The notes: generated by a model not told the origin, from the letters alone. A stretch of 45,941 nucleotides of DNA from Saprospiraceae bacterium (GCA_023300665.1 JALZUU010000374.1:1-45941); one strand, 5' to 3'; positions 1 to 7,937 are shown, counted from the stretch's first letter. Numbers and translations: made by a program.

Positions 1-330
1 GATTTAGCCTACTTAGCAGAATTAATGAACAAATACCCAGATATGGTAATTGAACTTTCTTCTCATACCGATAGTCAAGGTCTTTCTAATTATAATAAAA
101 AACTATCTCAACGTCGTGCTACTTCTGCTAAAGACTGGCTCGTACAACGTGGTATTGTGACAGAGCGAATTCAAGACGTAGGATATGGAGAAACACAGAT
201 TCGAAATCAGTGTGTCAATGGTGTAAAATGTGAAGACGACGAACACCGATATAATCGACGTACTGAATTTAAAATCATAGCTGGACCAACCTCCATCCAA
301 ATCGAGAAAAAACGATTAAAGAAAAACTAA
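1..330 (+). CDS. OmpA-family (peptidoglycan-associated) domain protein, C-terminal fragment; the 5' end lies outside the window
   Basis: The frame is open from base 1. The translation SSHTDSQG..YNKKLSQRRATSAKDWLV..GYGE..NRRTEFKI matches the OmpA_C-like motif, including the C..C..EH..NRRTEF tail common in Bacteroidota. Confidence 0.85.
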   Translation, partial: DLAYLAELMNKYPDMVIELSSHTDSQGLSNYNKKLSQRRATSAKDWLVQRGIVTERIQDVGYGETQIRNQCVNGVKCEDDEHRYNRRTEFKIIAGPTSIQIEKKRLKKN

Positions 331-338
331 GATTTTCT

Positions 339-437
339 TCTGATGATTGGACATTTGCGGGCTTGCGGCTACTCTCCGGCGGTACTGCCGGAGCTGGGAG
401 GCGGAAAATGGAAAAAATGTCTAATCAAATCATCAGA
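339..437 (+). repeat. GC-rich structured intergenic element, copy A (candidate ncRNA or MITE-like repeat)
   Basis: An outer 10-bp helix pairs 339-348 with 428-437. The conserved core spans 352-419, with a perfect 7-bp hairpin at 374-380/387-393. By hand alignment about 53 of 68 core positions match 41941-42007, and three hairpin base pairs are changed compensatorily. Confidence 0.6.
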
Positions 438-482
438 TTTTCTTTAATTTTACAGAACAACGAGAGAGATTCTGTCGTTGTT

Positions 483-516
483 ATCAGGAGAAGCTTTCTA
501 CAAGGCTTCTCCTGAT
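483..516 (+). terminator. Perfect 12-bp stem-loop downstream of the OmpA-like gene (possible intrinsic terminator)
   Basis: ATCAGGAGAAGC-N10-GCTTCTCCTGAT. It is followed only by ATGTTT, so the T-tract is weak. Confidence 0.4.
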
Positions 517-565
517 ATGTTTAGTGTTTGTCTAAACATCTATTTTTAATAAAAATAAAGTACTC

Positions 566-1012
566 ATGAAATTTTTTGCAAATAACCTATCATTCTTACT
601 AGCCGCTAGTTTTGTTTTCTTGATGGTAAATGCCTGCACTGGACAGAAAAAAGCAGTGCAGGAAATCAACATCGATCCTTACATGACTTTCGAGCAACAG
701 CGTGTAGATTTCGGAAACGTGAAAGCAGGGGAGCGTCCAGAGTTTATTTATAAATTTAAAAATACCGGATCAGAACCCATCAAAATTGAATTGATCTCAG
801 GCTGTGATTGTACGCAGTTTATTGATATACCAGATGGTCAAACATTTTTACCAGGAGAAGAAGGAAGCTTTAAAATTATCTTTAAAAGCGAAACAGAAGA
901 AGATCGCGGTAAAATGGAAAAAACAATTGATATCCTATTAGAAAATACAGATCCTAAAACAGGATATCAGATTATCAAAGAAGTCTTTTATGAATTGGTC
1001 TTATCAGATTAA
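566..1012 (+). CDS. DUF1573 domain lipoprotein
   Basis: The signal peptide ends in a lipobox-like VNAC. The core VDFGNVKAGE..F.FKNTGSEPIKI..ISGCDCT matches the DUF1573 pattern (FDFG..G..F.F.N.G..PL.I..SCGCT). Confidence 0.8.
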   Translation: MKFFANNLSFLLAASFVFLMVNACTGQKKAVQEINIDPYMTFEQQRVDFGNVKAGERPEFIYKFKNTGSEPIKIELISGCDCTQFIDIPDGQTFLPGEEGSFKIIFKSETEEDRGKMEKTIDILLENTDPKTGYQIIKEVFYELVLSD

Positions 1013-1025
1013 TCGCTAAACTTAT

Positions 1026-1664
1026 ATGGAAAATATTTCTGTCTTTAACCAAATACTAGCATCCGCGCTAGAAATGGGCTGGCTACAATGGCTGGCCTTT
1101 ATTTTTGGAATAGTCTATGTAATTCTGGCTGCTAAAGAAAATCCTTGGTGTTGGCCGGCAGGATTGATTAGTGTGATTATTTCTTTCTTCGTTTATGTTG
1201 ATCCCGCAGTTAGACTATACAGCGATGCTATTTTACAGATTTTTTATGCGATCATGTCCATTCATGGTTGGAGAGCGTGGACACGCAATTCTTCTCCTTC
1301 GTTAAAGGAACCACTGGATAGCCCAGAAAAAACAATCCTTAAAATACATACTTTGCCTATCAGGCGTCATCTTATATTTATAGCAATTGGAGTAGTATTA
1401 GCGGCTATTTGGGGAAGAATATGGCTGCAATTTGGGGCAGCTTTACCTTATATTGATGCTGCAACTACTGTCTTTTCATTAATTGCTACCTACCTAGTTA
1501 CCCAAAAAATCTTAGAAAACTGGCTTTACTGGATCGTGATTGATGTGGTCTGTATCTTTGTCTATTTTCATCGTGAACTCTATCTTTTTTCAATCATGTT
1601 CTTAATCTATGCAGTGGTAGCTGTAATAGGTTATAATAATTGGAGAAGGACCCACCTTATTTGA
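1026..1664 (+). CDS. pnuC: Nicotinamide riboside transporter PnuC
   Basis: Polytopic membrane protein. The motifs ILAAKENPWCW, LYSDAILQIFY..IHGWRAW and KILENWLYWIVIDV..GYNNW resemble the PnuC/NMN_transporter family. Confidence 0.8.
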   Translation: MENISVFNQILASALEMGWLQWLAFIFGIVYVILAAKENPWCWPAGLISVIISFFVYVDPAVRLYSDAILQIFYAIMSIHGWRAWTRNSSPSLKEPLDSPEKTILKIHTLPIRRHLIFIAIGVVLAAIWGRIWLQFGAALPYIDAATTVFSLIATYLVTQKILENWLYWIVIDVVCIFVYFHRELYLFSIMFLIYAVVAVIGYNNWRRTHLI

Positions 1665-2100
1665 ATAGACTGTTCCATTAAATTTTGTCCCACGCGTTTG
1701 ATTTTCTCCATAACCTCCCAAGGCTTTGGACTGATAAATGGCACCCTTTACGATATATAGAGTTTCATATATGAGCAATAAAAAGAACCCTGACATACCG
1801 AAGTATGAACAGGGTTCTGACATCCACTCTCTCATATAAATACAAAAATCTTAGTTAAATTCTCATATAGAGGATGCCAATTACAGTTTTAAGACAACGC
1901 TGAGTTGTTTTAAAGAACCAATTTTTTATAAATTTTTAGAGGAAACTAATAAACTAGAAGTGCTTTACTTTTGGTTATTTAGATTTCCTGTAATGTTGTT
2001 TTTTCTGATCGGCAATATAATTCATTTTTTTTTTAATACAAAAACAATATATGTTATATAGACATAACAATAGAATTAGGTGATTAATCATGAAATTATA

Positions 2101-2119
2101 TGCAAAATTTGCTTTTGCA
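2101..2119. promoter_or_regulatory. Inverted repeat TGCAAAA-N5-TTTTGCA (candidate operator); a third TTTTGCA lies at 2128-2134
   Basis: Perfect 7-bp arms at 2101-2107 and 2113-2119. The third half-site overlaps the -33 TTTG of the predicted promoter. Confidence 0.3.
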
Positions 2120-2128
2120 GGCTACATT

Positions 2129-2160
2129 TTTGCAAGGTAAATGTTTTTATATTAACTTTG
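2129..2160 (+). promoter_or_regulatory. Bacteroidota-type sigma-A promoter (TTTG-N20-TAACTTTG)
   Basis: The -33 TTTG lies at 2129-2132 and the -7 TAnnTTTG box at 2153-2160, 36 nt upstream of the ATG at 2196. Confidence 0.45.
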
Positions 2161-2195
2161 TATTTCAAAGTACTTTAAAATAAAATAGAAGCTTC

Positions 2196-4733
2196 ATGAA
2201 AAATTTAACTGTTTTCTCAGATCGTAAGACCTTTCTTTTTAAAATGGGCATTGCATGTATGGTCATTTCATTGCTTACTTTTGGATATTCTGATTGGCTT
2301 ATTGATAACAATCACCTCGAAAGAGATAATTCGTCAATCAGCTTCTTTGTTGGCTATGGTTGTTTCTTGGTTTTTATGCTTGGACTACTGAATACTCGAC
2401 TAGAGGAGCAACCCAAATCTATAAAGTTCTCAGATCTAGATTTAAATATCATTTTACTGATCTTGGGAAATATTAGTGCCTATGCGCTCAATCGGATGAT
2501 TGAAGTTTTTCATGAGTCTACTCCTTGGCTCACGGGTTATCTAATGCTACTCAATTTAGCCATGCTTGTGTTTGTATTTCGTAAGAAAAAAACACCGGAT
2601 GCATTTAATCATGTACTAGTAGCGGTGATTGCTTCAGGTGTATTATTTAATATTTATCAGGCGATTTATGTATTTCCATTTTATGGAATTACAGCGATGT
2701 CTTTTTGGTTTTTTGGAATTTCACTTCACACACTTATTCCGATTTGGTATGTTTTTACAACCATTAAGATTTTAAAAAAATATCGAAAAACTTCTGACTT
2801 ATATCAGTATGGAATTATTACTGGTATTTGTATTCCAGCGCTGATGACGATGGGATTTGCTTTTCAATTTTATCAGGTTAACAAATCTTTTCAAGAGGCT
2901 TATGCAGAAAAAGCATCTCCTTTTGTCAATCAAGATTTTCCAGCCTGGGTCAATGCTAGTAAAGATATTTCTAATGGTTGGATGACAGAACGAGTATTAA
3001 AAAGTGGTATTTATTATTCTGTACTAAATGAACATCATTTTAGTTTTGGAATGGGAAGTTTTAATAGGAGTAATATTCAAACAAAGCATGATCCCATGGT
3101 GGTAGTAGGTGCTTTAGTTAGTGGTCGGTTAGAAATCAATCGAAAAGAACGGATTCGGTTATTAAAGACGATGTACAACGAACGCCACGCAGTAGCACCT
3201 CGACTATGGAGAGGGGATGATCTTAATACGACCAATATTGAAACCAATGTCCAGCTCTTTCCCGACTATCGACTAGCATATACCGAAAAAAATATCACGA
3301 TTAAGAATGAAGCAACAAGCCGTTGGTGGGGCCGACAACAGGAAGCGATTTATTCTTTTTATTTACCCGAAGGATCGGTGGTTACTTCTGCTTCATTATG
3401 GATAGAAGGAGAAGAACAAAAAGCAATACTGACTACAAGAGCAAAGGCCGATAGTGCTTATCAAACTATTGTCGGTCGAGAACGAAGAGATCCACTCTTA
3501 TTGCATTGGCAGGAAGGCAATCGAATTTCTGTTCGAGTTTTTCCTTGTACTGCGAAGGAAGCACGTAAATTTAAAATCGGAATCACCAGTCCACTTACTT
3601 ACGAAGAGGATAAATTGACTTACCAAAACATTGATTTTGCTGGACCAGATTGGACCTCAGCAAACGAAATTATTCGAGTCAAGTCAGAAACAAATTTAAC
3701 CGATTTTTCTACTCCAAGCGGATTTTCTGATCAAGGAGATCACTGGGTTTATGATGGTCGTTATCAGTCAGATTGGTCAATGAATTTTACGGCCCCAACT
3801 CTAAATAAAAGTGCATTTTCTTTTGCTGGTCAATCGGTTCGACTACAAGCGTATAAGGAAGAACTAAGAAGTTTTAAACCCAATAAAATTTATCTTGACT
3901 TGCATAATGGTTGGAGTAAATCTACTTTGAAAAAAGTTTTAGCAGCTACCAAAAATCAAGAAGTATATGTTTTTGCAAATACCTTGCAGCAGTTGACGGC
4001 AGATAATGAAAAACGATTGACTAAACATCTTTTGAAAAATAACTATAGTTTGTTTCCTTTTTATGAATTACCTGATGAAGAAGGGGTGCTTGTGGTCAGT
4101 CATAGTGGACGGTTAACTCCTGCTATGGACGATTTAAAAGGCACCCCATTTTATTCGAAATCTGCGAGTCATCTTCCAGTACGTCAATTTCCACCGAGTA
4201 TGTTTCACCTAGGAGAAATTCCGTCTCCTTATTTAAAAACCCTACGAGAATTACGACTACTGGACTACACGCAAGGGACTACGAGTAAGCTACTTAATCA
4301 TTTAAAAAAGCAAACTTTTCCGATGAGTGGAGAAGGTGAAAATTATATCCTTTTACGACCAGCAAAAGTGCAGTTTGTTAAAACTGGAAGCGACCAAAAT
4401 GTATCCGTTAATGCACCGGATCACTTGTGGAGAATGTATGCATATAACAATGTTTTACGGAATATGGGGAAAGATTATTTTAGAAAAGGGCAGTATCAAC
4501 AACGCCATCTGGAAGAAGCGGAAGCTGCTTATGTGGTTACGCCGATTTCAAGTTTGGTGACTTTAGAAACGCAGAAAGATTATGATCGGTTTGATATTAA
4601 AAAATCTAAAAAAACATTGGGTAATGCGACTATTGCTACGGGTGGAGCTGTTCCAGAACCGCACGAATGGATGTTGATGATTCTTGGATTAATGCTCGCC
4701 AGTTGGTTGTTCTTTTTTAAAGGAAAAATTTGA
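2196..4733 (+). CDS. Polytopic membrane protein with a VIT domain and a C-terminal PEP-CTERM sorting signal (XrtN-system VIT domain protein-like)
   Basis: The first ~230 aa carry multiple hydrophobic helices. The central region (IYSFYLPEGSVVTSASLWIEGEE...RDPLLLHW..NRISVRVFP) is VIT-like. The motif VVTPISSLVTLE resembles VIT/vWA proteins. The last 30 aa, GGAVPEPHEWMLMILGLMLASWLFFFKGKI, combine PEP, a TM helix and a basic tail. Confidence 0.75.
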   Translation: MKNLTVFSDRKTFLFKMGIACMVISLLTFGYSDWLIDNNHLERDNSSISFFVGYGCFLVFMLGLLNTRLEEQPKSIKFSDLDLNIILLILGNISAYALNRMIEVFHESTPWLTGYLMLLNLAMLVFVFRKKKTPDAFNHVLVAVIASGVLFNIYQAIYVFPFYGITAMSFWFFGISLHTLIPIWYVFTTIKILKKYRKTSDLYQYGIITGICIPALMTMGFAFQFYQVNKSFQEAYAEKASPFVNQDFPAWVNASKDISNGWMTERVLKSGIYYSVLNEHHFSFGMGSFNRSNIQTKHDPMVVVGALVSGRLEINRKERIRLLKTMYNERHAVAPRLWRGDDLNTTNIETNVQLFPDYRLAYTEKNITIKNEATSRWWGRQQEAIYSFYLPEGSVVTSASLWIEGEEQKAILTTRAKADSAYQTIVGRERRDPLLLHWQEGNRISVRVFPCTAKEARKFKIGITSPLTYEEDKLTYQNIDFAGPDWTSANEIIRVKSETNLTDFSTPSGFSDQGDHWVYDGRYQSDWSMNFTAPTLNKSAFSFAGQSVRLQAYKEELRSFKPNKIYLDLHNGWSKSTLKKVLAATKNQEVYVFANTLQQLTADNEKRLTKHLLKNNYSLFPFYELPDEEGVLVVSHSGRLTPAMDDLKGTPFYSKSASHLPVRQFPPSMFHLGEIPSPYLKTLRELRLLDYTQGTTSKLLNHLKKQTFPMSGEGENYILLRPAKVQFVKTGSDQNVSVNAPDHLWRMYAYNNVLRNMGKDYFRKGQYQQRHLEEAEAAYVVTPISSLVTLETQKDYDRFDIKKSKKTLGNATIATGGAVPEPHEWMLMILGLMLASWLFFFKGKI

Positions 4734-6082
4734 TGCAGAAACAGGCATATACTATTTTAAAAAATCATTTTCCGATCTTGTTTTTGGGAGTGGTGGTTGC
4801 TGGTGTCTTTTTGTTTTTTCAATGGGATAATTTTCCGGGAAGTGCTGCGCTGTATCTAGGGATTTTATTTTTTCCTTATTTGCTTCAGCAAGAAAAAGCA
4901 CCAACAGATCGATTATTAATTCCTGTCGTTTTAGGATTATTGGGATTGTTTTTTTTTAATAGTAGTACGCTTTATTATTTGACGACCGCTTTGGTTATTT
5001 TATGGTTGATTGAAAATTCAATGGGTAAACAAAATCCACTTCCATATTTAATGGTGGTGGTGATTGCTCCCATCTTTCGGTATCTAGTACACATCTGGAG
5101 TTTTCCGATTAGAATAAAAATGAGTAGTCTGGTAGCTTGGTCTTTGCGTCAAATCGGAATGGATGTTACCGCTATTGGTAATTCTATTTTTGTGAATAAA
5201 GTAGTCTATGAAGTAGAGCCTGCTTGTATTGGTATAAAGATGACTGGAACCGCTTTGGTTTGTTGTCTGCTAATTCTTGGTTATTTTAAAAAAGAGCGAG
5301 AATTAAAAATGACTTGGGTCAAAGCAATTGGTTCATTATTGTTTGGTTTTTTACTAACCCTATTTGCAAATTATATTCGGTTATTAGGCTTGGTCGTTTT
5401 CGATATTCCTCCTTCGAATCCATTGCATTCGTTGATGGGAATTATTAGTCTAATCGTCTATGTATTAATTCCATTTTTTTTCTGGTGGAATTGGCGTCAG
5501 CCCAAAACACCTATTATTTCAGATAAAACAATTTTAGATCAAAAAACAGCGATAGTTCCGAAAATCATCGCTAAGCATCGGCTCCTAATTATTGGAATAT
5601 TTATTCTAGGACTAATTTTTACGGGCTGTCAGTTTGGAAATGAAAAAAAACAACCAAATATTACGACACACCCTTGGATGAAACTTAATGGATTTACCGA
5701 AACACCTAAAGATTATGGAGTTTTGGAATTAAAACGTTCTAACCAGCTTATCTATATCAAACCACCTGCTGGTCCATTTCAAGGTGCACACGATCCGCGT
5801 ATTTGCTGGCAGGGTAGTGGGTTTGTTTTTAAAAAAATAAGAAAGGAACAAATCGACGGAATAACCATCTATTTTGCCGAAATAACCCAAGACGAACTTA
5901 CCCTACAAACCGCTTGGTGGTATGATAATGGTCACTCACAAACAACTGAAGAATGGGACTGGCGTTGGCGTTCTCTTTTTTATGGAGAAAGGTATTATTT
6001 GATCAATATCAGCGTACTGGATCAAGAGGGTGAAACACTAGAAAGTTTGATTAGAGAAGTTATGCAAACGACAAGTGATTAG
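4730..6082 (+). CDS. xrtN: Exosortase (XrtN-like) fused to a C-terminal EpsI-like periplasmic domain
   Basis: Polytopic protein carrying the exosortase Cys/Arg/His triad context: EPACIGIKM (Cys166, codon 5225-5227), ANYIRLLG (Arg217) and PLHSLMG (His233). After an additional TM helix the tail contains AHDPRICWQGSGF, resembling the EpsI H.P..C..G.G motif. The start overlaps the upstream stop by 4 bp (ATGA). Confidence 0.75.
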   Translation: MMQKQAYTILKNHFPILFLGVVVAGVFLFFQWDNFPGSAALYLGILFFPYLLQQEKAPTDRLLIPVVLGLLGLFFFNSSTLYYLTTALVILWLIENSMGKQNPLPYLMVVVIAPIFRYLVHIWSFPIRIKMSSLVAWSLRQIGMDVTAIGNSIFVNKVVYEVEPACIGIKMTGTALVCCLLILGYFKKERELKMTWVKAIGSLLFGFLLTLFANYIRLLGLVVFDIPPSNPLHSLMGIISLIVYVLIPFFFWWNWRQPKTPIISDKTILDQKTAIVPKIIAKHRLLIIGIFILGLIFTGCQFGNEKKQPNITTHPWMKLNGFTETPKDYGVLELKRSNQLIYIKPPAGPFQGAHDPRICWQGSGFVFKKIRKEQIDGITIYFAEITQDELTLQTAWWYDNGHSQTTEEWDWRWRSLFYGERYYLINISVLDQEGETLESLIREVMQTTSD

Positions 6083-6186
6083 CTAAAGGAGAGAGATTTT
6101 GAATATTAATATTATTTAGAATAGGTCTAAATAGTGATAAGGTCCTAAATACCCTAACTACAACGATGTAATATCGTAAATCCTTT

Positions 6187-6194
6187 ATATCTTT
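6187..6194 (+). promoter_or_regulatory. -7 promoter box TATCTTTG upstream of the nqr operon
   Basis: Exact TAnnTTTG match. No clear -33 TTTG lies at the expected spacing. Confidence 0.35.
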
Positions 6195-6293
6195 GCGTAA
6201 ATTTTCTGGAATCTAAGGCAACTGGATATCGTATATCTCGTATATGTAATATTCAGAGGTACCTTTAGGTTACCATTTCTTATACACTAAAAA

Positions 6294-7937
6294 TTGCCAA
6301 TTTTGAAAAACGGAATAAGCAAACTCGCATTCCTGCTCTTTTTTACCACCTTAACATTTCAAGCTAATGCCCAGACTGCGGGAGAAGGATCAACCTATCT
6401 CTACACGGCACTGATTGCTGTGGTCGCCATTCTGATACTTGGAGCAGTCCTTCAGGTAGCAGATAGTTTGATGCGCATCGAAGCGAAAAACATGGGGATG
6501 GAGCAGGACAACACCAAATTTTCTCTATTTCCTGCTTGGTCGGATGTTTTTAAACCAAAAGCACCTGATTTCGCACAGAATGAACGCGTAGTCAGTTTAC
6601 AAGCTGGACACGATATTCATCTAGCAGGTGGTGCAAAAAAAGAATTTTTGGATATTACATCCACTACTTTTTCGGTAAAACCAACTGATTTCGTTGGAAT
6701 GTCTCCAATTCCTAAAGTAGAAGTGGAAGTGGGAGATGAGGTTAAAGCAGGAGATGTCATATTTTTTGATAAAAAACGACCAGACGTAAAATACGTTGCT
6801 CCAGTTAGCGGAGAAGTAGTAGCAGTCAATCGTGGTGAAAAGCGTTCTATCGCTGAAGTAGTCATCCTAGCAGATAAAGAGCAGACTAATTTCCGAAGCT
6901 ATAATATTCCAGATCTTGATGGTTCTCGAGAGACTTTAGTAGAATTTCTACTAGGAAGTGGTGTTTGGCCAATGATTCGTCAGCGTCCTTATGATGTAGT
7001 GGCAGATCCATTGGATTTTCCAAAGGCGATTTTTATTAGCTCATTTGATACAGCACCAAATGCTCCTGATCTAAATTTTGTGGTAGCAGGTAAAGAAACT
7101 GCTTTCCAAAAAGGATTAAATGTACTTGGAAGACTAACAGAAGGTAAAGTTCATTTAGGACTTAACGCTGGAGCTGAAGATGCTCCTGCTCTTGCCTTTA
7201 CACAGGTTACAGGAGTAGAAAAAACATATTACCATGGACCACACCCTTCTGGAAATGTAGGAGTTCAAATCCACCATACGAATCCAATTTCTGCCAATGA
7301 GCGCGTTTGGACGGTAGGCGTTCAAGATGTAATTACCATTGGGAAATTATTTATGGAAGGACGCTATGACGCGGAGCGAATTGTAGCAATAACTGGAGCG
7401 GAACTAGAAAACACAGGTTATGTGAAAACATATATCGGTGCTAATCTAGAAAATATGGTTAAAGGTAATTTGAAAAATGAACACGTTCGAGTTGTCTCAG
7501 GAGATGTACTTTCTGGTAAGACAGTTTCAACTAATGGTCATCTTGGGTTTTACGAAGATCAAGTAACCGTATTAGAGGAAGGTGATCAACATGAGATGTT
7601 TGGATGGTTATTACCTTTATCTCCTAGACCCACAATTTCTAAAACTTATCCTAACTTTTTATTCCCTAAATACAAGTTTACACCTAACACCAACATGCAC
7701 GGTGAAAAAAGAGCTTTCGTAGTAACGGGACAATACGAAAAAGTACTCCCAATGGATGTTTATCCACAACATCTAATGAAAGCCATTTTAGTCAATGACT
7801 ACGAAAGAATGGAAGGATTGGGAATCTACGAATTAAGTGAAGAAGATGTAGCACTTTGTGAATTTGTTTGTACTTCCAAACAACCAGTCCAAAAGATTTT
7901 ACGTCAAGGATTGGACATGATGCGAGAGCAAGGATAG
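6294..7937 (+). CDS. nqrA: Na+-translocating NADH:quinone oxidoreductase subunit A, with an N-terminal extension (start uncertain: TTG 6294 or 6303, or ATG 6471)
   Basis: From about aa 98 (VVSLQAGHDIHLAGG...) the protein is collinear with Vibrio NqrA (MITIKKGLDLPIAG...), including GPHPSGNVG and the C-terminal EEDVALCEFVC. It heads an nqrBCDEF gene order. Confidence 0.9.
   Translation: MPILKNGISKLAFLLFFTTLTFQANAQTAGEGSTYLYTALIAVVAILILGAVLQVADSLMRIEAKNMGMEQDNTKFSLFPAWSDVFKPKAPDFAQNERVVSLQAGHDIHLAGGAKKEFLDITSTTFSVKPTDFVGMSPIPKVEVEVGDEVKAGDVIFFDKKRPDVKYVAPVSGEVVAVNRGEKRSIAEVVILADKEQTNFRSYNIPDLDGSRETLVEFLLGSGVWPMIRQRPYDVVADPLDFPKAIFISSFDTAPNAPDLNFVVAGKETAFQKGLNVLGRLTEGKVHLGLNAGAEDAPALAFTQVTGVEKTYYHGPHPSGNVGVQIHHTNPISANERVWTVGVQDVITIGKLFMEGRYDAERIVAITGAELENTGYVKTYIGANLENMVKGNLKNEHVRVVSGDVLSGKTVSTNGHLGFYEDQVTVLEEGDQHEMFGWLLPLSPRPTISKTYPNFLFPKYKFTPNTNMHGEKRAFVVTGQYEKVLPMDVYPQHLMKAILVNDYERMEGLGIYELSEEDVALCEFVCTSKQPVQKILRQGLDMMREQG

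Noticed and set aside
339-437. Tested whether the GC-rich element could be a tRNA, SRP RNA, tmRNA, or a known riboswitch (fluoride/crcB because of CTGATGAT, ZTP, c-di-GMP, TPP, glycine).
   Set aside because: It has no T-loop or anticodon architecture. The CTGATGAT string occurs only in copy A, within the variable outer stem. None of the conserved cores of those families, as I recall them, is present in both copies.
408-515. Short ORFs open at the conserved AAATG.AAAAAATG end of both element copies. They are 408-515 (MEKMSNQIIRF..., 35 aa) and 41996-42094 (MQKMIVVNLF..., 32 aa).
   Set aside because: Beyond the M-[E/Q]-K-M encoded by the conserved nucleotides, the two peptides share no similarity, and they run through unrelated hairpins. 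Conservation is at the RNA or DNA level, not the peptide level. This is worth revisiting if Ribo-seq shows initiation there.
1602-1835. A 77-aa minus-strand ORF overlapping the 3' end of pnuC by 63 bp.
   Set aside because: It has no recognisable motif and no convincing promoter or start context, and it would require a convergent overlap with pnuC. It remains the only candidate in the otherwise empty 1665-2195 stretch, so this is a low-confidence rejection.
2090-2140. A 16-codon mini-ORF (MKLYAKFAFAGYIFAR) upstream of the VIT/exosortase operon, considered as a possible leader peptide.
   Set aside because: It lies upstream of and across the predicted -33 element (2129-2132), so it would not be on the mRNA if the promoter call is right. 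The TTTTGCA repeats explain the sequence better as protein-binding sites.
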